Positions 42,062-52,201 of a stretch of 64,000 nt of DNA are shown here, piece by piece. The notes beneath the pieces were generated by a model. That model did not search any database. It was given only the letters and a program-made list of their open reading frames with translations, and had not been told where the DNA came from. Each line of letters begins with the position of its first letter. Positions within the stretch are counted from its first letter, which is position 1. The stretch is from Vermamoeba vermiformis. Taxonomy: Eukaryota. The position numbers and the translations under genes are program-made. The stretch lies in NCBI GenBank assembly GCA_045837725.1, contig JBEWZL010000233.1, positions 1 through 64,000 of the forward strand, read 5' to 3'.

Positions 42062-43225
42062 ATGAAATTGCGGACAGTAAGACAACTTTGGGGTGTAGAA
42101 GATCCACGTGCTATCAGTGTGCCGAAAATCAAATCGCTTGGTACGTTTACGAGGCTGCATCTGAAAATTAGGTTTTCGAAACTCAAAAATAGTAAAATAA
42201 ATATTTTGATCGTATTTTTGACCTCAAACTGGTTATTAAATTAATTTTTTTATTTTCTAGGTTATTATGCCATTGAAACGCCAATTTATTTTTTGAACCA
42301 CGAAGAGCAATCCGAATTTAAGGAGTTATTGCGTAAAAGCGAACTACAATTTATATGCCAAATTCATACGGATTATTACGACAAGCCTCGCGATAAAACT
42401 GTTGCTGTATGATCACGTGCTACGGTTAGATCTCTTGCTCATATTCTACAGGGCCACATTGCGCAATTCAAACAACAGCTCGCAGCCGCAAAAGAGTTCG
42501 GCTGCTTGTTTGTAAATAGTCACTCGGGGTATGATGGCTGGGACGAGAAAGAGAGGTAACCATTTCGACTTTTGTTGCAATGCGGATCGCTCACTTCCGA
42601 TCATTATTGTCAGGAACGAGTTCTTTGAAGCAGCACTTCGTATTGAACAAGAAATGGGCGTCATGGTCGTGCACGAAACACATCGTCGTCGAGTGTTGTA
42701 CAATCCATTCGTCGCGCGTGACCTCTGCAGAAAGGTGCGTGTTACCCTCATTTCGCACTCGTTGTAACGAACGTACTTAGTTCCCTGCGTTGAAACTCAC
42801 CGCCGATTTCTCACACTGGTTCTGCGTGCTGTCAAATATGCTCGACGATCACATGGACATCGTGCAGGAAATAGCTCCGCACGTGCGTCACATTCACGGC
42901 CGTGTTGGCTACGATAACGGTCCTCAAGTGCCCGATCCACGAGTAAGCTCAATTAAGGACTGCCATTAGGTGCGCAAACTAACCGTTGTTCTAGGCCCCG
43001 GAATGGCTGCCGTGGGTTGAAGCGCACGAGCGATGTTGGGACGTTGTGTGGCAGCAACAAGCGAAGTTGGGGCTGGAAGCGACGTACTTTGAGCCCGAGT
43101 ACGGCCCTCCTACTTACTGTCAGACCATTCCTTACACGAACAAGCCCGTGGCGAATATTTGGGACGTGTCTGAATGGCAGACTCAACGCGCCGTGCAACG
43201 ATTCAACGAGAAATTCTCCAAGTAA
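42062..43225 (+). CDS. Xylose-isomerase-like TIM-barrel (sugar-phosphate isomerase/epimerase family) protein, 6 exons
   Basis: VNSHSG, VHETHR.R.LY, LKLTADFSHW, HIHGRVG...GPQVPDPR|APEW and PEYGP motifs. Confidence 0.85.
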
Positions 43226-43435
43226 CTAAAATGTCTATTTATATTTTAAAGTAGCGTCAAATTATTTATTGGTGCTGCCTTAGTAAATTATTGCCGTTCA
43301 TTGATAAAATCTTCGCCTGTTTGTCAAACAAAGGCCGTAAAAACATTTGTCTCAAATTTCGTTGCTAGCAAACGCAACAGCAATAATATATATCGTATTT
43401 ATCAATGGTCTTCGATTAATTAACAAACTCCGAAG

Positions 43436-44735
43436 ATGCCCGAAGAAATCCCTGGATTGACACACGCGGAGTTGAAATCCATCCAATTAGTGACGAAAGT
43501 ATCCTCGTCTTTCTCATTTCTTGGCTCCTTATTTATTTTTGTCACATTTTTGCGCTTCCCTGTGCTGCGGAATATCAACAGCAGGCTGATTTTTTTCATG
43601 AGCATAGCAGATCTGTTCGCTGCTTCGAGCCAATTTATTGGACGATGGGTAAGTTTACAAATTATTCAATATAAACAAATCATCGAGCTAGCATTGATAA
43701 TTAAACTGGTCGTTCACGAAAATTGGTCGATCTGATTTTTGAAATGTCATTTTTAAATTTAAATACGAACGCTCGATAAAACGTATGCATGATATAATAG
43801 TAAATGCATCGTATTTTTGCCTCACTTTAAAATTGCCTTTGATTCTTTGATCTGGAAATTGACAGCTAACGCAATTACGTACAGGCTATCGAAAGCGGAA
43901 ACGAAGGATTTTGCGTGCTGCAAGCAGTGCTGCAACAACAGTTCATTTTATCGTCGGATTTGTGGGCCTTATTCGTCGCGACGAATTTACTTTGTCTTAT
44001 CGTGCTCGGTCGAAGCGAAGAACGAATCCGAAGTTACGAACGCTTCTATCACCCTATTGCGTGGGGCTTGCCATTGTTGACGTGGATTTTATTGCTAATA
44101 GGTACGCAGTAGTAGTCAGCTCAGAAAATTTTTAATCGCGTGTACGGTAGCGTTCCCTGGTGGCCATCGCTTTGGTGACGCGACGTTGTGGTGTTGGATT
44201 GCGAGCGAGTATCCAGGACTGCAGCTGCTATTCTATTACTTGTTCAACACGTTGATTTTCTTGTACAATCTCTCCGTGTACATCACTGTCGGTGTCAAAA
44301 TTATCACAGTAAGTTCGCTTGACACTTTCGACGTTTACATTGATTAACCCGCACAGGTAATGCGTCAAACGCGTTCAGTGAAGAGCGACGAGTTGATACG
44401 ACAACAAGACAAGCGCAAGCTCAAGTACATGCGACAGGTTGGCTTCTACGTCATCATGTTTATTCTCACCGACATTCCTGGCAGTGTCAACAGGTAATTC
44501 AATCTAACCTTTTGTAATTGTGCTTACACTTGTGTTTATCAGACTGCAAAACAATTTTGAACGCAACAATCCAATATTTGCCTTGTTTATTCTCCATGCT
44601 CTCTTTGGCCCACTCCAAGGGTTCTTCAATGCCATTATCTATTCCTTCACCAACATGTGGAACAAATTCAAAATAATGAAACAGCAGTCTTCAAAGAGCA
44701 AGAGTGGCAATGAGTATCACTTGCTTGAAAAGTAG
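43436..44735 (+). CDS. cAMP-receptor-like (Dictyostelium CAR/GCR1 family) 7TM GPCR
   Basis: SFLGSLFI, RLIFFMSIAD, CVLQA, YERFYHPIAWGLP, WCWI, PLQGFFNAIIY. Confidence 0.9.
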
Positions 44736-44929
44736 TGTGCTTGTGTTGTATTTTAGTAAATTCTCCTTTTGCATTATTGTTGCCTTTTCATAGAGGTGTA
44801 TAATCACACCTCTTTCAGAACAACCCAAACTAATTTCAGAACAGAGGGTGATATTTAATTTAAGCCATTCATTGTTAGAATTTTGGTTGATTGTATCTTC
44901 ATTCATTAATCTTATTATTTTTCAATATA

Positions 44930-46760
44930 CTTACCAGATCTTTTTTATAGTGCAATACTGTCTAAAGAGTGTCTTATTTTTTGCATTTTTTAAATCGAGT
45001 GAATTGCTTTGGTTAGTGGTCTGTAACAATGCTCTGGCACTGATAGTGACTGTTGCTTCATCTCTTTTTGGGTTAAAGTTAACTCTTGTGCTGGTCCAGG
45101 TACTTGAATTGTCTTTGACTCCTTGATTTTTTCTGTAAATTTTTTTTATGGAGCTTTGATTTTACTTTCAATTTCATTTATATCTTGTTAAAATTAGCCT
45201 ATTAAGAGAACAGCTTACAGTGGCTTAGTTAAAAGACATGGGATTATCAAGCATTCACTGTTACCAGTTTGGAGGTACGTCTTGCTATTTTAACAGAATA
45301 TAATTTATACTGCGCTAATTTGGAGTGTAGGCTGAATGTTGAGCAAATGCTTGCATTAAACAACAACAGCAAAGGAGATAGTGTATTCTTTATTGTAGAT
45401 GGATTCAAAAGATATCAAGCAGGTAAGTCAATTATAAAGCACTAATAAATTAGCAGCTAACATTTAAGGCTGCAACTTGTGCTGTGGTAGATAAGCTGGT
45501 GGACTCTTTCTCATTTGTGCAGCTTGTGGAATTTACCACTTGTATAACCATTGAGTAAATTAATCAATTTATTTTTTAAGTGAAATTGAAGTTATGTGCT
45601 TAGTACTTACAGAGTGTGTTACTTCCAGTAGACTCTAGCTGTTGGACTGCCAAAACAAGTTGTGTGATAGTAATTGTATGGGAAAAAATTTGGCTGGGGC
45701 TTGACATTAAGTGCACCACCACTGGTACCAAAGCACAAAACAAGTCTGGCATCTATTTAATTTTGGTTACTTGGAATATCTTGTATCCAAGTACTTGAAA
45801 AATTATAAATAAAATTATAAATCACTTATCATCGGAGAAGGAACAAACCTACAGCTGCTTTCAGTTTCTGTTAAGCCAATACCTTTGCAGCATGGAAAAG
45901 TCGCTGGGCCCACTTTTATTACTACCTTAAACCCTTCTGTGACTTTCTGGAGTTGATGAATGAGCCTGTTACAACTCTCCTGACAGTAAAAAGATTTTAT
46001 TGCTGGATCAGAGCAGCAACATGAAGTACAGCACCAACAACTATGTCTCACACACCATCCTATTGCATCTTTTTCCAAGCTTCTTGATAATGCACCTGAT
46101 TGTAACCTGTCATTACCGAATCCAATTTTGTGAATGATTTGTAGCAAGTTTTATTAGTGCAATTAAACAAAAATTGTTTCCATGAAGCTTTTGTGTTCAT
46201 TAAAATGGCTGAAAATAATACAAATTTAAATACTACTACTGAGGAAGAGGCCCCAAAGGTGGAGAAGTTGCAATGAATCACGGATGCCTACTGGAGCACA
46301 AATATCCTGGTGCATAAATAATTTATTTGCATAGTAAATAATTTTTAAAATAATATTTTTCTATTTATTTTGATAAACACTGGATGGCAAAATCTTGTAC
46401 AACTGTGTAGCCCTGGAAATGGTTCACACACACAGGGGTATCTTCGTTGACGACACTCTTTGGCAGACTGAAATAAAAATGATTAAAAACTGCCACTATT
46501 ACTAACAATACTGCTTTGAGGCCTTAATCTACTTGTTCTCACACAAGATCTGTCCCCAAGTATCAGCTGGTTCTGCATGGCTTCTCCTGGGAAGTGGATC
46601 TGCGAAAAAACAGTTTCAACACGCAGAAAACCGAAGAGATGGTGTGGGAGATGTAGTACATCGAAAAAGTATTGCAAATGCACTATATTGCTACACAGAT
46701 GAAACTCCTGCTTAAAGACTGGTTCAGTGGGGCAAGAATGCAGCCATACTGGGAGAGCCA
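44930..46760 (-). pseudogene. Degenerate multi-exon Cys-rich coding remnant, probably TE-derived
   Basis: Broken ORFs (e.g. CVRHSCWCCTSCCC..FYCQESC, YYHTTCF) with stops, frameshifts and residual GT-AG sites. Region is almost CpG-free; boundaries approximate. Confidence 0.35.
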
Positions 46761-47035
46761 AACTGGCTACAAGTTTAGCTGCAAATACAAAATAAATATA
46801 TATAAAATCCAGATTGTTTATTCGAAATTTTACGGTGCATGCTCAATTGAGAAAATTACTCATCACAGGCCATAGGGTCCAGTGATACAACCATGAACAA
46901 ACCACTGTGGTTAAAAAACAGCCTGTTTTTACGCTGAAAATTCCTGCCAGGTAAACTCTGGCTTTAAAAACAAAGTTTATTTGTAAAATCAACGGGTATA
47001 AAAACAATGTATACATATCGATAGTAGTAGTATAT

Positions 47036-47060
47036 GGCAGATTCCACGAGTCTCAGATCA
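47036..47060 (+). repeat. Left TIR GGCAGATTCCACGAGTCTCAGATCA
   Basis: Reverse complement of 52166-52190 except for one base. Confidence 0.95.
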
Positions 47061-47155
47061 AAACAAAAAGATTTTAAAGAATTTATTTTGTAACAAAAAT
47101 AAAGTTTTTTGGCACAAAAAAAAAGGGAGCATTTGAAGATAAATAGCTAAGAAGT

Positions 47156-49202
47156 TTACAAACACTGCTCTTCAAATTGTTCCACTAACTCAGGGCATTG
47201 CAGTTCAGTCTCCCACTTCCACTCGTTATCACTATCAGGATAACCAAGCCACTTCACCATGTATTGGACTTTTCCTTTAACAGTGCGCTTTCCAACAACA
47301 GCTTCAACTTCATAGTATTCAACATCGTTGGGGATTGGTTCTGGAGCAGGAGGATTCAATCCTTTGGGATGCTTGATGGTTGTTGTTTTAGTTATTCTGT
47401 GTTGCCAGTAACCAACCACAAAGCCACGCTCACAAAGACCAAAATTGAAAGCCATGCAGTGGTCACAAACACAAGGCCATCGTCTCATCCACAAATTGTT
47501 TGAAGTTGACGAAAAGCAAAAATCATAGCAAGACTTTATGCCATTAATCGTCTCAACATCTTGTTCTGTGTCCTCCCAAGTGATGTTCAGCAGAGAAGCA
47601 GATCCCCCTGGCACAGTGTTCCAGTAGTCTGCCAACTGTTCAGGGGTATCTAAATAGCCATCTTCTTTCAGAACATGTATTTTGGCTTTCTTTTTCAGTT
47701 TGGCTCCACGACCATCGCACTCTCCCTTTCCATGGTAAGCAGGGTCAATAATCCAACGAAGACGTAGACCAAAGTTGCTGTGAACAGTAGTTCCCCAGTG
47801 CATCGATATTCTGTTCTTGAAATGCTGCATGCCACCATCAGACAGAATGATACAGTTTTTGACATCATCCCCAAGGTCAAGTTGTGGCAATAATGCAGCA
47901 AAAGCCTTCTGGAAAACCAGTGAAGAATGGGATAAGTAGGGAGTGACAAAGGCATGGTATGTTTTCAAAATGACAGGATGTTCAGCTGTACTATCTACCG
48001 AGTGGTGCCAAACAGTTGCAATTAGGACAGTGGACTGACGTCTTCCATAGAATGCATTTCCAACTTCAATTGAACTGACATGTGAATAGTTCATAAGAAA
48101 GTCCCATCGCATCATGACGGTGTCACTGGGAAGCTGCTTCTTGAGTTTGGCAATGACTTCTTTTTGCCACTGAACATGTTCTTTATGGTCTGAAGCCTTG
48201 TCAACTGCTGAGTGGTACTGTTGCATAAACTGGACTCTGGGGCCTTGATGAGGAATGTGAATCATCTGATTTGGTGCATGCTTGTCTCTGTCATTTCGCA
48301 AAGTGGTGCTTGCAGCGGGGATAGTCCAACGTTCAATTGCATCTGAATGTTCGATAGGACACTCGTCATCCCAACATTCACATTCCTTTGGACAAGTGTT
48401 TGAATGATTACAAACAGCACAGTAGGTGCATTGGCAAGTGCAGTTGGCGTGCCAAAATTTCCGAGATCTGGCAAGTAGCAAAGACCAATGTTTATCCAAG
48501 GCACATGTAGGACAGAGGCCAGAGTAATACGGTTGCAAGTAAACACAATCAGGGACCAAAGAATAGAATGTTGATTTGCCAACTCCTAGGGGAACATCAA
48601 CCTATGCCAGTATTTAGTATGATGTAGAAAAACGCTCAGAGCGTTTTGCTTACCTTGTACTTTAAAAACAGATCAGCAACTGTTTCTGTACAGTAATGCT
48701 TTGCCTCAAAGCTCCATGAGCCATCCAACTGTCTGCATCGCACAACATTTGACGAGTTTGCTGTTGGCCTACAGTGGTCCAGAATCCAATTTGTTACTGT
48801 GTTTTCTTTGACAGGCTTACGGGAGATGCGGTATTTGGTTGGGACAATGAATTTGTTGTGAACGCCAGTAAGTATGCGATCTATTCGGTTTTGTTCTACT
48901 CTCTTAATAGCTCGCTTAATGCTTTGCGGAGACACACCAAGAACATTAGCAGTTTGGATTGCATCCATCTCTGGGGTTAACACAGCAGCCAAAGAGCCTC
49001 TAAAATAACCAGAGGTACGTTCAGTTGACTTTGCAATACGTAAAGATTGACTGTATGTATGTAGTAAGCTGTGTTTAAGGCGCGCATTAGCTAGCACTTG
49101 AAGAGTTGGCTTGATGGCTGGTTGATCCAATACATCGAGAAGCATCGGTTCTACATCAGAATTGGGTAGTTGACGCAAAAGGTTGACTAGTTGTGGTAGC
49201 AT
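47156..49202 (-). CDS. Sola2-like DDD transposase with C-terminal chromodomain (2 exons; intron 48602-48653)
   Basis: VGKSTFYSLVP..LCPTC, WDFLMNY..EV..FY..QSTV, SDGGMQHFKN, HGKGECDG.G..K, CVCDHC. C-terminal YEVEAVVGKRTVKGKVQYMVKWLGYPDSDNEWKWETELQCPELVEQF. Reading frame intact. Confidence 0.85.
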
Positions 49203-51238
49203 TGTTAAAATAGTGTATGTAAAGAAAAACGCTCGGAGCGTTTTGATCAAAGTACTGTGCAGTAAGTTTAGACCAATAGGAAAGCAGAACAGTAAGGAAA
49301 ATAGCGTTCTTCATAGATTAGACCAATCACAAACAAGCACTCGTGAAATCCCAAAATCTCTTTTTTGATAAATTGGACCAATCACGAACAAGCAAAAAAA
49401 AAAAAACATTTTTGTGTGAAACATTTTATTTTACTTTTTTCGCTAACACGATGACCACAAAAGGCAAAAAATCTGTGGTGACCGAGGCTGAAGACCCGCA
49501 GTCGGTTCTGACCAAGTGGTTAAAATCTAACCAACCAATCACCATCAAACTCAGTCAAATGACAAAGCAAGGTAAATAACGAATAATAATTTTATAAAAC
49601 AAATTAAACAGTATTTTTAAAATTGGAAAAGTCGAAAGAACATTCTAACACCAAAACGCTCCGAGCGTTTTGCTACAAGCACAATTCTAATTTATTTTTT
49701 GTAGGTGATTATCGTCCTGTTACAGAAGAAGGCAAACGAACAATCGAAGAAAGAATTCTGCGAAATGGCAACGGCGACTTCAAAAAAGGTTTGGATCGCA
49801 CTGAGGCCTTCTTGGTGCAAGAAATTGAAAGCAAATCAAAAGTACAAGAGTACATGATTATTGGTGGCAACCACCGCTATCAAGTTTTCACAAAGTAGTA
49901 AGTACTAGCAAAACGCTCAGAGTGTTTTGTTTTACCATTGCTAAATCTTGCTTTTCCAGTAATGTCCCTGATTGGCCCTGCTTTGTTTTGCTTGCTGAAA
50001 AGGATGGCCGCAAAATGTCTGACGAGGAACGTGAGATAATTGCCGGTATGAACAATGCAAAAACTCAAGAAGGAACTGCCAAGGCAAGCTGGTTTGAGTT
50101 CTTCATGAAGCTAGCACGATATATTTCTATGCCTGGAGTCGTCGGAAAAGCTACTAATGGCAAAAAGTCGGTGAATTGGGAGAAAGTTCATCACTTATCG
50201 GTAAGTTCAGTACCCCAAACAAAACGCTCAGAGCGTTTTGCTTTCTTCATTTCATATTTTACAGCAGACATCAAAGCAAAACGCTCAGAGCGTTTTGTTT
50301 TACAATTGGTACATCAAGTTAGACGAAACAAAACGCTCAGAGCGTTTTGATTGTTAAGCAGTTTCTAACATTATGTTGTGTAGGGCAACCGAGATGGTCT
50401 ATCAATGGACTCTGCAAAAAAGCTGCACACTGTCTGGAACAAGCTCACTGATGGCGGCAAGATAAAGCTTGAAGAAACTGCAGTCTTCAAAAAACTTTAC
50501 GACATTCATTTGGAGCATGGCTTCGCAAATCCAATCAAACTGAAGAGCATGACAGATTGCAAGGAATTTTGGGCCCTTGATTCTTTCGATCAATTGGCTA
50601 TTTTTGAGGGGTACCTTGATTTTGCCAAGCGCATGAAAGGCAAGGTTACCCACGCCGAGTTCACTGGCATTGTTGCTAATCGCATCCATTGTATGGCCAT
50701 GGCTGATTACGTGAAAGAACAATGTCCTGAGGCAGATCTGTTGGAGGAATACATAGAAGCAATCTATGCACAAGTGGCAGAAGTTGGAGAACGCAACCGC
50801 TGAAGAAATGGATGTTCCGCTAATGCAACACCTGATCAAATCATTGGAGGCTGGCAAGCCAGTAAACTCTGTTAAGTTCCCTCATCGACCTAAGCCTGCT
50901 TTGGATGATGCAGAGGAACACAAAAGGAAGAAAAGAAAGTTGAGCCATTGGTAAGTTTAATTACAAAACGCTCTGAGAGTTTTGTTTATTTACCTGTTGC
51001 TAATTTGTTTACTTTATAAAGAAATCACCTTTGGCATCAAAAGCATCAAAATCGTCAAAACCTGCGTCTACTGCAGTTAATGTTACAGACACATCAAATG
51101 CAACAGCTGACAAGTCTGCCAAACAGGCGTCAAAAAAACGTAAGGCGGAGGAACCGGCAGCAGACAAAACAAACAAAAAACGCAAAGTTGATGAAAAGGA
51201 TTCGGAGAAGGTAGATAACAAAACGCTCTGAGCGTTTT
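48629..51238. repeat. Nine dispersed copies of the 19-bp palindrome AAAACGCTC-N-GAGCGTTTT
   Basis: Copies start at 48629, 49226, 49653, 49910 (1 mismatch), 50221, 50278, 50330, 50965 (1 mismatch) and 51220. All are non-coding. Confidence 0.95.
49271..49394. promoter_or_regulatory. Bidirectional promoter of the transposon with three CCAAT boxes
   Basis: GACCAAT at 49271, 49321 and 49376. A 27-bp direct repeat ATARATTRGACCAATCACRAACAAGCA at 49313-49339 and 49368-49394 lies between divergent ATGs 49202 and 49451. Confidence 0.6.
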
Positions 51239-51943
51239 ACTCTTTGCTTACTTTTTTGTGCTTAGCACACAGCCTGTCGTGCTGCACCGCCACAGAAGAG
51301 CTTCTCTGACAAGCTACCTACTGAAACTACATGGGACTTCCACTTCCTTTGCCGTTCTGCCAACGCACTTGGTTTCTTTGATGGGAAAAATGTCACTCCT
51401 GAAGCTTTGAAGCATGGGACTTACAACCCAAACTGGACCCATGGCTTGTTCAAACTCTCACCCAAGGAATTCTTGCGTGAGAAAGTCTCAACCACTGCCG
51501 CTGCATTGTTTCCTCTGCAACCTCCTGTTCAAGCTCTGCGCTACATCTTCACTGTGTTCTGCCCACCTGCTGGAGTCATTCTCGAATTGAACAACCCCTC
51601 TGGCTCTGGCTACATTGCTGCTGTCCTTGCAAGAAGATCATATGTTGGCTTCATTAAGTCCAATGCTTCATTGATGCAGTCAATTGGGGCTCATGTTGCC
51701 CGTTACCTGGCTTATGCTGCAGCTACACCAGAAGAATGCACAGCTCTTTTATCGCAGCTTACTGGTTCCAGTGTTGGTGACAAGATTGGTCCTGTGGAAG
51801 AGCCACTAACTCCTGCCAAAAATCGTTACAAGTTGGATGATACTCCTTTGAGTCCCCACCCTCCTTCTGCTAGCCATCCAGCCCCCTTGACTGCTGCCCC
51901 ACGCAACAATAACAGTCAACCAGTGGATGAAGAGTCCGACTGA
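49451..51943 (+). CDS. Transposon accessory protein: ParB/Sulfiredoxin-like N-terminal domain, helical region, K-rich linker, degenerate N6/N4-methyltransferase-like C-terminus (6 exons; apparent frameshifts in exon 4)
   Basis: YRPVTEEGKRTIEERI..YMIIGGNHRYQV..WPCFVL..EIIAGMNN is ParB-like; FPLQPPVQALRYIFTVFCPPAGVILELNNPSGSGYIAAVLARRSYVGF is MTase-like. Introns 49572-49704, 49898-49959, 50201-50383, 50951-51021 and 51211-~51265. Frame changes are needed near 50760-50800 and ~50920. Confidence 0.7.
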
Positions 51944-52165
51944 CCCTTTAATTTTGTTTGCTTTTTTCCTGTTGTAGGTTTTGCTAACATTCTTTCTAAT
52001 AAATATTCACCTATTTTACTTTAACTTTTTCAGTTTCCTTGCCTTACTTTAAATTCTATCTTTCAGTTTATGCGTTTTTTTATTCGTGTTTTTGTCTCAA
52101 AATAAATTCTACATTTGCATTACTCCTATTTATAATCAAATTTGTATCTGTTTTTCAGTGGTGAC

Positions 52166-52190
52166 TGATCTGAGGCTCGTGGAATCTGCC
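52166..52190 (-). repeat. Right TIR TGATCTGAGGCTCGTGGAATCTGCC
   Basis: Inverted match to 47036-47060. Confidence 0.95.
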
Positions 52191-52201
52191 ATATTGTACA
52201 G

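Larger units (their letters stand above)
47036..52190. mobile_element. Sola-like (Sola2-type) cut-and-paste DNA transposon, ~5.15 kb, two divergent genes
   Basis: 25-bp TIRs with 1 mismatch, ATAT on both outer sides (47032-47035 and 52191-52194), subterminal inverted repeat 47078-47098 / 52090-52110 (19/21), and an internal DDD transposase. Confidence 0.88.

Noticed and set aside
48629-51238. Palindromic repeats read as a CRISPR array
   Set aside because: Spacing is irregular (about 50-630 bp), the copies lie in spliceosomal introns between coding exons, and there are no cas genes.
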